From IMG/VR virus record IMGVR_UViG_3300036846_000743, positions 124,001-188,000 of that record: DNA of 64,000 bases, one strand, 5' to 3'. Shown in pieces: positions 19,601 through 26,700 of this stretch (the first letter of the stretch is position 1; the number at the start of each line of letters is the position of its first letter). The notes under the pieces are model-generated. The model made no database searches and had not been told where the DNA came from. It worked only from the letters and a program-made list of their open reading frames with translations. The position numbers and the translations under genes are program-made.

Positions 19601-19614
19601 ATCGTGAGCGACAT
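10681..19614 (-). CDS. Giant multidomain polyvalent protein/polyprotein (2H phosphoesterase, Gly zippers, HExxH peptidase, helical repeats, LigD phosphoesterase, ATP-dependent DNA ligase, ParB-like, Zn finger, SNF2 helicase)
   Basis: 2977-aa uninterrupted ORF, SD AAGGAGG; domain motifs listed in the sub-features. Confidence 0.9.
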   Translation of the reverse strand: MSLTIDPATLARRRAAEDLDYYQVAAAYGMLIKAGGAPVAVPILHGRLYVSASGWGLVSVPNALVRGLFDALEAPGAELPLRDGVLNAHISALTDQDVKKIGGPDKISERGHPFSYQLGPIMEVEPKGWPEMSKAWFVRVSSSDLKALRKSYGLTPLPNGDHEFHITIGVRRRNVLKPNEVSKAANDQTAVSRSGQDASVHDLVQDEGALSESDEPRLQELWRARNYGVSKLAAALHGVLPGHGRSAGGNDPRAKGKQQGLFQSKLHLGITESASTKYANQSAADMPGRDSDDRRVGRTDWLASDGTPRTHSEARLDRRGGNSNATWSAPTDDSLGRIRRPEDEYGGRSSSAGLLAGTRDLSIVTGNTAFTTKAATAPVLLPRKETDNRSMGIAAGYSREHPLRSVAQWLDGRGDAGNTVSIAKVATTTDGEDDDEDVHSGASDDVHNGEDNGGRKIRIPISIQRISITRISFPKPDGAGEDDDEDGEDSDPLVEFMDRLRQRGDRGRAVGWLARLGEKQGDFKDYAPMLIGAGAGGLGGWGLGKLFGSEDPLRDVIYGAGLGGLGGAYYIGRAKAQRLQQQQQQQPPVAPAPDAPYVVPPGAKMKSLAESLDPYYGKMEGGVEGVIRRAEGKQVPYAPSIPSVPWKAEDLHTKVPVVEVPGKTVKLPKGIAIPGAENETYAGVTTPMVNRPAAPPAVITMPKDSLVNVHDQQQTVGHELTHSGMQMAPIKRVLERGGTAKELANLAKIDPEITSSGQKLVKTLGGTPSFGPKHNLNYLFSPDELDPRLALVKRVYAQNTGREVTSPAEAKKALDWFKGHVNSWWNTLNPSNLGDDEQYWKDMFAAPDWQVIEGAATRRMPGLVHNVARIDPNLKVAMTKEAGGLWSRAKGGLGAIGRGAYHMSGAAPGQFWGVSGEGWKRPLIGAGNAARFTFSPQIPGLHREVTPKVPIPKGGVPQAATTPWSKLLNNPAPQPPQRRWDWQRQALGQTLRYGSTAATGTGLGLAGYNMATQPVFESQEATMLGRGLGLSEAGIKELKQPWAKEELRGLRGPVATQLLHRIPGVSWASRNIPGVSWVTGKPDESAIGKMVGDVAAKSTIPFLRHDYYTARQKYPNTMGFVDAARLASPFGLAMSAAGQFIPMKEDPAPIYQKAVDEAIAKYTPEMKANPIASMTSPIVQPLTRTLTDPRMRQHVMDSPVVQKGVQQLVTSPETQKFIGEQLNNPQGQAMLSQTLNDPKMQQFLANTAANPAVQKAFTQSLTNPDMQKTLAGLADQPEVTKAITNYASTPEGQKTIGGLFQKPEVMGAITNYANTPEGQKTIGGFFQRPEVTEAITNFASTPEGQKTLGGLAQQPAVTEAIGNYAGTPEGQKALGGLAQQPKVMGALTKYVGTPEGQKTISGLAQKPEVVGALTKYVGTPEGRKTLGEMAQKPEVTGALTNYASTPEGQKVLGEMAQKPEVVQALTNFASTPEGQKVISQAANNPALQAKLLEMAQKPEFQSMAVDIASRPEMQSQIARQTANTVQQQARSWLGLGPGAALSQDPIAVAARAAGSPRPADFLAAARPATQAGMWAGVRESWADPEIRNRVLTLAGAAGAGLLGGHLLGGALGGVVSPDDEDELDYYERRRQERRRNLMSMLGMIAGGVAAPALAYQLGKKAEADYAPGLPSRSNMGQLDKLQVGQMLDYIVQRHEAERAGLHHDIRFGNPDMGLLSWAARKGVPPPGERHLAVQQPVHRHEYGNFEGEIPQGYGKGTVKTHTKGQILITKATPESIHFTTAHQRHPERFTLVRPKGWGNKNWLLMNTTPRDQVPYEKVRYKKIAPEDVEPALKAMQEGDTVEAKVDGASQLIRLAGGHAEALSFRTSKTTGRPIFHTERLFGGRPEVPVPRHLEGSILKGELYASRLQPGGGSKATQPDTETGRRSPDGGPDVGTGHEGLETVHANGTPRGSGAAGLPGDPEVTTRRTGPQDVGQLLNSSIARSLQLQKAKGLTLRNMLYDVQQYGKKPIDPAVTSRSDRRRMLEEIAGHLPSDKFHVSEEFRDPASATKLWDMIRSGEHPLTEEGIVYHPRTGVPSKAKLFEEHDVHVTGTFPGEGQRAATVGGLTYGHEPGKTVGRVGTGFSDETLADIARDPSAYIGRVARVRAQQKLPSGALRVPSFLGLHEDINKVASHADTAATLKLAGLLGITDPPPPVVTPRSRRRLPPPAPSWWDAIQGSLLGKPNAIIPEVIQQIEEEEEKTAKVHPALADLKLAKAESDRKNYRAKYQILSRLIHERPSEFKIDSTIRDMAGLTHKPTGFRIHASLAMVGGRLKVADWVRTNTVSRGGKTYDIDDLVSRTAGRKVENIPLGDIEKPNRSASTGYSKKRYAAVNMNKPILVGIDGTLWDGRHRLSRHIDEGLSHIRAVRVTPEDLDAVVYNGEKAPKGDPIDKSRIRLLPAKAAAWARAVGSPTDEKGDPCPAGECCPKCHARLERDPDDGKCNRCGHSWGEKRADLLPWVRLQPQQERVAKRVGEGQNLLVYHGLGSGKSLASLAAAEETGGPFTAVVPASLRGNYLKELGKFTDQSTPTNVMSYTGIGMGKQPSVTPNTVIMDEVQRIRNPQSAGARAAMELGMRAPHRILLSGTPIVNAPSDLAVPLSILRGEEMSPGAFTKKYVGNETVNPGFFGWLQGVKPVKVPKIQNEEDLERMLEGHVDYQPSRTPEGVSTKDERVEVDMGSEQQDFYKLMWGKLPWLMRWKLSNDYPLTKQEIGHLSAFMTGPRQAALSLYPYHSSHDPIRAFQTSSKLQSAMSHLQETLAKDPRAKAIIYSNFIDAGLTPYAAGLAEAKIPFGQFHGSMPEEARKKALDDYNSGRSRVLLLGPAAAEGISAKGTQLIQLLDPHWNEARLGQARGRGLRFDSHEGLPEELRHVKIQRFVAKMPPPGWLGKVFGEKPRPSADEVLERMSERKEELNEQFREVLRRVGSPGYQRPWSLFG
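10750..12135 (-). other. SNF2/SF2 helicase domain of polyprotein
   Basis: LQPQQ Q-motif, HGLGSGKS Walker A, IMDEVQRIRN, LLSGTP, IIYSNF, AEGISAKG, DPHWN, QARGRGLR. Confidence 0.9.
12150..12260 (-). other. Zinc finger in polyprotein
   Basis: CPKCHARLERDPDDGKCNRCGH (CxxC...CxxC). Confidence 0.7.
12340..12660 (-). other. ParB/Srx-like domain of polyprotein
   Basis: KPILVGIDGTLWDGRHRL, matching the ParB-N DG.HR signature. Confidence 0.7.
13100..14190 (-). other. ATP-dependent DNA ligase (adenylation + OB domains) of polyprotein
   Basis: EAKVDG (motif I), LKGELY (III), MLYDV (IIIa), EEGIVY (IV), KAK (V); OB fold with GRVGTGFSDE and ALRVPSF. Confidence 0.85.
13452..13907 (-). CDS. Possible nested +1-frame ORF within the ligase insertion
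   Basis: Over ~13700-13907 codon bias favours this frame (CAC GAC TAC AAC CAG GAG GAG) over the host frame (TCA CGA CTA CAA CCA GGA GGA). Confidence 0.4.
   Translation of the reverse strand: MPHDYNQEEEVRQRNRIRRLDEDRLMVVRMWVRAMKGWKRYTPTEHRVAAGLLAFQAILKSQLAEPVPRMSASYLIPVLRAVSSSRRQRASRFATCSTTFSSTARSPSIPPLHPDQIVGECLKRLLDTCLQISSTSPRNSEIQQAQPSSGT
14200..14620 (-). other. LigD-type 3'-phosphoesterase (PE) domain of polyprotein
   Basis: YIVQRHEAERAGLHHDIRF..LLSWAARKG..RHLAVQQPVH..EYGNFEGEIPQGYGKGTV matches the LigD_N consensus. Confidence 0.9.
15142..15765 (-). repeat. Eight tandem 78-nt (26-aa) coding repeats
   Basis: TNYAxTPEGQKTxGxLAQKPEVxxAL; first and last TPEG at 15750 and 15204 are 546 nt = 7x78 apart; degenerate 13-aa units extend to ~16050. 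Confidence 0.9.
17040..17700 (-). other. Zincin-like metallopeptidase domain of polyprotein
   Basis: VGHELTH (HExxH at 17449-17463) with downstream YLFSPDELDPRL as candidate third ligand. Confidence 0.6.
18348..19058 (-). mobile_element. HNH-type homing endonuclease gene overprinted in the +1 frame inside the polyprotein ORF
   Basis: WCKMKERCLNP..YKNYGGRGITVC..W..FMAFYRDMGDRPAGMTLERKENSKGYSKANCIWA..Q.RN, then two HTH-like repeats (GETRTIAEWA, GKKQTIGQWA); likely start ATG 19058 after AAGGCGG (track start 19094). Confidence 0.85.
19090..19510 (-). other. 2H phosphoesterase domain of polyprotein
   Basis: Two H-x-S/T motifs: NAHIS (19348) and FHITI (19120), with spacing typical of LigT/Acb1-like enzymes. 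Confidence 0.7.
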
Positions 19615-19628
19615 CAGCGACCTCCTTG

Positions 19629-20021
19629 TCAGTGCTCAATCGGAGGTGATCCCGGAGGCCCCTTGCTTCCATTGCGAACGGCCTTCACGGCGATCTCGGC
19701 CAGCTGCCGGGCAGCCGCAGCAGCCCGATCTTCAGGCCAGGGCTTGTCCTTGCCAGCGTCGGCCTGTCCCTGCAAATAGCTGACCTTGAGTGCGGCCTTG
19801 ATCTCCTCGGCGACTTCGTCGATCTGGACGTCTGCCTTTTCCAGGATCCGGGTGGATGTGCGCGCGATCAACCGCAGTAGCTCAGCTCGACCTTCGTCGT
19901 GCTGCTCGTTGATCTTGTCCTGCTTCTTGGCCAGCTGCGCCACCGACCAGCGTGTATAGACCTGCAACCCGGCAACGATCAAGAATGCAAGCAGCTGGTA
20001 GATATTGCTGATGTTTTCCAT
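19629..20021 (-). CDS. Single-TM membrane protein with coiled coil (holin/spanin-like unproven)
   Basis: IYQLLAFLIVAGLQVY TM; its RBS GACAAGGAGGTCGC is identical to that of the polyprotein gene. Confidence 0.7.
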   Translation of the reverse strand: MENISNIYQLLAFLIVAGLQVYTRWSVAQLAKKQDKINEQHDEGRAELLRLIARTSTRILEKADVQIDEVAEEIKAALKVSYLQGQADAGKDKPWPEDRAAAAARQLAEIAVKAVRNGSKGPPGSPPIEH

Positions 20022-20321
20022 CTTGCGACCTCCTTGTCACCAGAATTGATAATGTCAAGGGATCAAGCCCCTGGGATCCCCTACCCCAGGTCCGTCCGCC
20101 CTTGCGAGCGGCGCTACTCCTGTACCGGGAGCAGCCTGGCGCGGCATCTATTGGACACAGCCGTCGCCCTCCTCCCACGCGTCGACTTTCGTCAGAGCAA
20201 TGGTTGCCATGGCCCGTTGGTTCCTCCTTGAAACCGCCAGGCCGCCTAACCGGCCGGTGTCGCGGCCAACCTGATCCCCTGGACATATTGCGGCAGCGCC
20301 GAAAGCTCTGCCCCAGCCCGC

Positions 20322-20350
20322 ATTGTAGCAGCTGGGTGATCAGATGCCAG
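20322..20350 (-). promoter_or_regulatory. Putative sigma70-like promoter
   Basis: CTGGCA-17 nt-TACAAT with an extended -10 TG; upstream of a ~300-nt leader and the polyprotein operon. Confidence 0.35.
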
Positions 20351-21416
20351 CCTGCCCGCTGGGCGGCGCGTAAAGCCCGGGCGGCGAAATATCATCGTTG
20401 ATGCTCGCGCGCCAGTGCCGCGCGCCGTGCTCGATCCTGTCCTTGATGTAGCTCCAGACGGCGATCGGCGTGCAGAATTCCTGGAAGAAGAGCCAGGCGT
20501 TGTGGCTCATGGCCCTGGCCTCGTCGGGGTGGGCGTCGAGCCAGCGGACCAGATCGGGCACATCCAGGAAGTCCTGGCGGCAGGCCAGATAGTGAATACC
20601 TGGCTGGAGCAAGCCGTCGCAGCACTGCTCGTACAGGATCGGTGATATGGTCGGCATGCCCAGGCCGATCATCTGGAGCTGACCGCGCGCCATCTGGTTC
20701 TCCCAGTCGCCGGGCACCGACACGAAGCACAGAGCTTGCGCGGCCGCCTGGTGGAACACGTCCAGCGGCAGAATGTTGAATTCCGTGCGATCGCCGAAGA
20801 ACTTGTGCATCAGGCCCCTGACCATGAGCCGGCGACGGTAATTCCTGTCATTGGCGAAAGACAGGTGCTGATTGCACATGATGGTCCTGACCGTGTACGG
20901 GTCGCGCTGCTCGCGGACCTGCTGCTGGAGCTGATCATACCGGGCCCAGTCCGAGAAGCTGGTCATCGTGAGCGCACCCAGCTGGGGATAGGGCTTGCAG
21001 TTGGAATGGAACCGGAACCGGAGCCAGTGAGAGTATTGGAACGATAACCCGTTGAAGTTGTGGCCGTCGTTGAAGTCGATGATGACCGGAGTGCCGTCGA
21101 CCAGGATCGGGAAGCTCGACCAGTCGATCGGCTTCAGGTCATCCGACTCCCTGATAATAACTGTGTCTTTTCCCGAAAGATCGATCTTGGCCGGCGGGAA
21201 GCCGCGTACATAAGGCGGCGCCGGCTTCTGGCCTTCCAGCCGCCATTTGTCGACAGCCAGCCCCCTGGCCAGGTTGAAGATATGGTCAATATAGGTCACG
21301 CGATCGAACTTCTTGAAGTTCTGCTCGAGGACCGCGTCGGACGGGAAGATGATCTCTCTGGGCAAGGTCCTGACCCAGCTGTGGTCCGTGGCAGGGAATT
21401 GCGGCACCAGAGCCAT
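20340..21416 (-). CDS. Glycosyltransferase-like protein (GT-B C-terminal lobe, GT90/CgeB-like); paralog of the C-half of 21424..23736
   Basis: Start MALVPQF after SD GGAG; GMPTISP..LQPGIHYL..D..D...W...HPDEARAMSHNAW. Confidence 0.65.
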   Translation of the reverse strand: MALVPQFPATDHSWVRTLPREIIFPSDAVLEQNFKKFDRVTYIDHIFNLARGLAVDKWRLEGQKPAPPYVRGFPPAKIDLSGKDTVIIRESDDLKPIDWSSFPILVDGTPVIIDFNDGHNFNGLSFQYSHWLRFRFHSNCKPYPQLGALTMTSFSDWARYDQLQQQVREQRDPYTVRTIMCNQHLSFANDRNYRRRLMVRGLMHKFFGDRTEFNILPLDVFHQAAAQALCFVSVPGDWENQMARGQLQMIGLGMPTISPILYEQCCDGLLQPGIHYLACRQDFLDVPDLVRWLDAHPDEARAMSHNAWLFFQEFCTPIAVWSYIKDRIEHGARHWRASINDDISPPGLYAPPSGQAGI

Positions 21417-21423
21417 GCTGTGA

Positions 21424-23736
21424 TCACTCCAGAAGCGCCTTGGCCCCTTCGGGCGAATAGAGCCCGGGCGGACAGAGATCATTGTCGATCGTGTCCCGCA
21501 TGTGGCGGGGGCCATTATCGATGCGGTCCTTCACGTAGCTCCAGACGGCCAGCGGGGTACAGAACTCCTGGAAAAACAACCAGGCGTTATGCCCGATAGC
21601 AGCAGCTTCCTCGCGGTTCCGCTCGCACCAGTTGACCAGCTCCGGGATGTCCATGTAGTCCTGCCGGCACATCAGGTAGTGCACGTTGGGCTGGAGCAGG
21701 CCGTCGCAGCACTGATCGATCATGTAGGGCGAGATCGTGGGAATTCCCAGTCCCATCATCTGGAGCTGGCCCCGATCGAGGATATTCTCCCAGGAGCCCG
21801 GGACCTGGATATAGCACAGAGCGTTCACGGCTTTGGCGTGCCAGGTCTGGGCATCGGTGAACTCGAAGTCCATGCGATCGCCGAAGTAGTGGGCGAGCAT
21901 TCCCTGGACCATGAACCGGCGGCGCGCACGGCTGTCCTTGAACCCGTGCGTGTACTGGTTGTTCATGATCACGCTGGCCGTCATGGGATTGCGCCGCTCG
22001 CGCACCTGGCGCTGGATCCGGTCGTAATAGGCCCAGTCCATGAAGGTCGCTGGCGGAAAAGAACCTGCCCACGGATAGGCTTTGTAGCTGGAATGAAAAT
22101 GCATCCGGAGCCAGTGCTTGTGGTCGGCGGCGCCGGCCCTGATGATGTTCCAGTCGCCGTAGTCGACGACCACCTCGACGCCGTCCACCAGGCAGGGGAA
22201 ACTTGACCAATCTATAGGTTTCAAGTCTTCAGACTCCCGGACCACGGTCTTCACGGACGGGTCCACCCGGATCGGCGGGAATGCGCGCAGCGAGTTCCGG
22301 CCTTTCGGCTTCTCGCCGTCCAGCCGCCAGACGTCATCGGCAATCCCCCTGGCCAGCTTGACCACGAAGCCAACCAGGGCGTTATAGGCCCACTCGATGT
22401 AGTAAGCCTTGAGGCTGGCATCGGTCGGGAAGATGATCTCCTTGGGCAAGGTCCGGGGCTTGGCGGGATCCACGATCGGGAATACGTAGGGCTCGTAGTC
22501 CTTGGGATGCGGGCTCAACGGGTCCAGGGCCAGTTCCGGCGCTGCGAATCGCGACTGGATCGTACCGCACTGGGCAATCCGGGTCTTGACGTCTTCCGGG
22601 TAGTCCCACCCGGCAGCCACCTCTTCGAGATAATTGGCCCAGCGCTCGCACATGGCCGTGGCAGTCCAGTGCTTCCAGGCAGCTGCCTGCATCTTGGTCA
22701 GGATCGGGTTTGACCTGCCGTCCGCGGCGCGCTGGATCTGCTCGGCGGCCTCGTCCGCGTCGGTATCGTCCCCGTCGGCCGGCTGAAAGTTGACCTTCCA
22801 GCCGATCGGTCCCAACTCTTCTTCCATCTCGGGAATGGCACCGACTGAGGTGTGCACCAGGGGCAGCCCGGCAAAGAACGACTCCTTGACCGTCAGGCTG
22901 TCGGCCTCGCGGCGCGACAGATGCACCATGCAATCGGCCCCGGCCAGCGCATCACCGACGAACGGGATCGGTGGCAGGAACTTCACGCGGCCCTCGACGC
23001 CCAGCTCACGAACCAGCTCGACCAGGTCCGGCATCGGCTCCTCGGGCTTGTGCGCCTGGTTGCCGATCAGGATGAGCTTGTAATTACCGGGGAGCTTCGC
23101 CAGGGCGCGCACGGCTGCGTGCGGGTTCTTGACCGTGGCCTGACGGCCCAGGTAGAGCAGGACCTTGTCATCGGCCCCGACGCCCCACTGCTCACGCTGC
23201 CAGACGCGGCCCTTGCGCGGGCACGCCCGGTCAACCTCGATGCCGTTGGGTATAACGCGCACCGGGAACTGATCGGCATTGGGGGCGGCCGTGAAGAACT
23301 TGCAGGCAGCCTGCGAGACGCCCACTAGGTGAGTGACCCCGTTGATCTCCTGGTGCCACGGTTCGGAGCAGTGCGACACGCAGATCACCGGGATCGGCAC
23401 CCCGGCGGTGAACCGGGCCAGCGACAGCGAGCCCCAGGCAATAAGGGCATGCGCCGTGGAGCAGACATACTTGACCGCGTCGATCAGGGATTCGTAGTGC
23501 GTATCAACCTTGGGCCACTTGGACTTGGGCCACCGTCCCCACTGGGTATCCCCGTGCAGCGTGGTGTATCTGAGCATGTCGCAGCCCAGGTTCTCGTCGA
23601 GGCCGGCATGTCCCGCGACGGCAACGCCCGAGCAGGTTACCCTCGAGAGATCACTGTAGCGTAGCTGGATCAGGATGGTCCGCTCAGCGCCGCCAGGTTG
23701 CGCCAAGCTCGGGGTCAAGGCGGCAAAACGGATCAT
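21424..23736 (-). CDS. Bifunctional glycosyltransferase (GT4 + GT90/CgeB-like)
   Basis: VIPNGIE, YLGRQATVKN, SRREADSLTVKESFFAGLPLV (GT4 motif); C-half aligns by eye with the neighbouring gene. Confidence 0.85.
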   Translation of the reverse strand: MIRFAALTPSLAQPGGAERTILIQLRYSDLSRVTCSGVAVAGHAGLDENLGCDMLRYTTLHGDTQWGRWPKSKWPKVDTHYESLIDAVKYVCSTAHALIAWGSLSLARFTAGVPIPVICVSHCSEPWHQEINGVTHLVGVSQAACKFFTAAPNADQFPVRVIPNGIEVDRACPRKGRVWQREQWGVGADDKVLLYLGRQATVKNPHAAVRALAKLPGNYKLILIGNQAHKPEEPMPDLVELVRELGVEGRVKFLPPIPFVGDALAGADCMVHLSRREADSLTVKESFFAGLPLVHTSVGAIPEMEEELGPIGWKVNFQPADGDDTDADEAAEQIQRAADGRSNPILTKMQAAAWKHWTATAMCERWANYLEEVAAGWDYPEDVKTRIAQCGTIQSRFAAPELALDPLSPHPKDYEPYVFPIVDPAKPRTLPKEIIFPTDASLKAYYIEWAYNALVGFVVKLARGIADDVWRLDGEKPKGRNSLRAFPPIRVDPSVKTVVRESEDLKPIDWSSFPCLVDGVEVVVDYGDWNIIRAGAADHKHWLRMHFHSSYKAYPWAGSFPPATFMDWAYYDRIQRQVRERRNPMTASVIMNNQYTHGFKDSRARRRFMVQGMLAHYFGDRMDFEFTDAQTWHAKAVNALCYIQVPGSWENILDRGQLQMMGLGIPTISPYMIDQCCDGLLQPNVHYLMCRQDYMDIPELVNWCERNREEAAAIGHNAWLFFQEFCTPLAVWSYVKDRIDNGPRHMRDTIDNDLCPPGLYSPEGAKALLE

Positions 23737-23751
23737 CCATACCAGCCTTTC

Positions 23752-26700
23752 TCACTGTGCTTGGGCAGCCTCGACAACCTGGAGCAGATCATAAACGTCG
23801 GCCGGCGTGAGCGTCGGGTTCCCGACCGCATCCTGCACCATCTTGGTGGCTGCGGCCGGGTCTTGCTGCCATTTGCTTCGCACGGCGTTGAATTTTGTTG
23901 TGAGCGGTATCCTGCCACTCCAGATGCCACCCTTCGCCGCGTCTTCGGCTAGCATGCTCTTCACGCGCTGGGTTTTGTCAGCCATCGGCAGGGCCCTAAG
24001 ATTGGCCACGGTCGCCGGATCTTTGAACGAGTCCATGGTGATCTCGTCAGGAACCGTCGCTGTGGCTTGCGCCGGGGCCACTGGGGCTGCCGGTTCTGCC
24101 GCCGCTGGTGCTGGCGCAGGTGCTGCCGGAGCTGCCGGAGCTGTCGGAGCTGTCGGAGCTGTCGGCGTGGCTGCTGGTGTTGTGGCTGGAGCTGTCGGTG
24201 CTGGCGCAGGTGCCGCTGGCGCTCCTGTTGGAGCCGGAACCGCCGGGGTCGTTGCCGGCGCCGCTGGCACTCCGGCTGCGGCTGCTCCTGCCGCCCCTGC
24301 GCCCGCTCCTGTCGCTGCCGTTCCCGGTGGCGGCTTGAGGGCCCCCGCCTGGGTACCACCTGCGGCGAGATGGCTCAGGCCGAACCCGCTCAAGATGTTA
24401 TTGATCAGATCCTGCACACCGCCGGGCAGCATGTTCCCCTGGTGCAACCCGCCGATGACGCCGGCGCCACCCAGAAGCGTCATCAGCATCGAGCCCATGC
24501 CGCCTTCGCCCATGAACGAGTTCATGAGCCCGAAGAGAGCTACTGGCAAACCGAGACCGACCATCAGCTGGCCAGCCGTGCCCAGGCCGTCCCACATGCC
24601 CTTGACGGCCGAGATCGGGTCGGGATACTCACCTGCCTCGGTCTTCTGCTTGGCCTCATCGGCTAGCCCTGTCTGCGGGTTCTGGACGGCCTTGGCCATT
24701 CCCTGCGGTCCCGTGTTCTGCTCCTTCATCGCCTGCATGTTGCCGTAATACGGCTCCTGCTGGGCCTTCAGCAGCAGGAATGACTGCGAGGCATTGTGGG
24801 CCGCATCCGTGGCCTGGGCAGGGTCGACGCCGGCCTTCTGCATGGCCACCATATCCTCCGGAGTCAGCGGCTCCTGCTGCGTGATCCGCATCGATGTCTC
24901 CGGAGGCAGCTTCTTAGCCATGATCTCGAGTGTCTCGTTAGCCTGCCGGTTCACGTGGCCCACACCCTCCGCACGACCTGGCGAACTCATCCACTTTCTC
25001 GTATCCGTGGGATTGTAGTCCGGACCGGAAAGATCGATCTTGCCCTTCGCCTGCATCCCGGGCACTGTTTTGTCGACGAAATTCTTCCGCTGCGCAGTAT
25101 ATTGGTTGATCACCTCGCTCCGGACCGTCTTTTCGGTCTGAGCGATCTGCTCCGGGGTCAACGGTACGCCCGTGTTGATCAGAGATTGCTCGTTGGCGGC
25201 ATTGACCCGTCCCTGCGCGATCTGGCCTGCATAGGTGCCCCACTGCTCCATGTCCAGGCCGGCCGGCGTCGGCCCTTTGCCCAGCCGCTGGTCCTCCTGC
25301 ATCCGTTCCACCTGGCGGGCCGTCATGTTGCCCTTTCCCGGCGTCAATCCCTCCATCATGGCGCCCCATGTTGCAAAGCCGCCCGGCACGGATAGCTCGG
25401 GAATGGCTTTCGCCGCCTGTATCGCCCGGCTGAGCATCGGAATACGGCCGAGCAGCCCCGCCGCGGCCGGGGCGGCAGCGCCGGCCTCACCAGCCGCAGC
25501 ACCACCTCCTGCACCGCCCAGGCGACTGTAGCCCGCAATGTTGGCGATCAGGTCGTACTGCTTCGCCAGATCCGAAGCGCCCCCGGCAATGTATTGCATC
25601 GGAGTCGATGTGCCCGGAGCTGTCGCATAGTCTTCGAGATTCTTGGACCAGCGCGGCATGACCTGGCCCGAGAAGCTGAGCCCGCCCGGCCTCGCAGCTC
25701 GCGCATCCTGGGGGCCATAAGCCGCAAACGGGATCGACGCGAAGTCCCGCCAGGCCGACCGGGAATTCGTCAGGCTCGGGTCCATGTTGTAAAGGTCGGA
25801 GGCTGCGCCAAGGACCTGACCGTAGAGCGCAGGATAAGTCTTGGTCAGCACGTTCTTGGTAGTCCCGAGCGCATAGCTCTGGAGCGTCGGATCGTTCTGT
25901 GCCGACGAAAAATTCAGGCGCTGTGCCAGCGCCGGGTTCATGCCTTCATTGATCCGCTTGGCCATCAGCTCCTGGTCGGTCTTGACGCCGGAAACCGTGG
26001 GCATCCACTGCGTGGTACCCATTTCCTTGCCGAGGGCTTCGGTGGCCGCATCGAGGACCTCTTGCTGGCGAGCATCACGGAGATTGCGCATCTCCAGCTG
26101 ACCCGGAACCGGCCGATTGGCCCCGGCCACACCAGCCGCTTCACCCCCGGCCGGTTCCGCAGCCAAGACCCTCTGGTAGTTGGCGCGGGCATCGACTTGC
26201 TCCTCCGGAGAGAGACCAGGGGTGCTCAGAGCGCGGCTGGCCTCATCAACCTGCTTCTGCCACATCCGGCGCATCACGATATCCCTGTTGGAGGGCGCCC
26301 TCGCCATGTCCTTCTGGATCTGGGTCATGCCGGCATAAGGGTCGACGGGCGGTGCCGGAGCCGCAGCCGCAGCCGGTTCCGGTGCCGCAGCCGGTGCCAC
26401 GGCCCTGGCGCCCGGCGTGGCTGCTGCCACCGATGCTGGCGGTGCCACTCCTGGTGCTGGTGCCTGCGGCGGCACCGGCGCCTTGGGCGCCGCTGTTCCG
26501 GTCACGCCCGGCACAGGGGGTATGCCCTGTGCCGCGGTCTGCGGCGTAGCCTGCTGACCAGCCCGCTGCGCCGCGGCTGCGGCATCTTCCGCGCCGCCGC
26601 CAGTACTCTGAAGTGGATTGACCTTGACCTTCTTGATCGGGTCCTGGGCGGCCTTGGTCAATCCCGACGTGGCTCCGGCCTCAAGCCCCGCCGCACCGAC

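Noticed and set aside
20053-20058. TTGACA as a -35 promoter box
   Set aside because: No -10 at 16-18 nt spacing; the SD occupies that position.
20189-20195. CTGACGA matching the hammerhead core CUGANGA
   Set aside because: No downstream stem II followed by GAAA and no cleavage triplet geometry; it lies within the short ORF.
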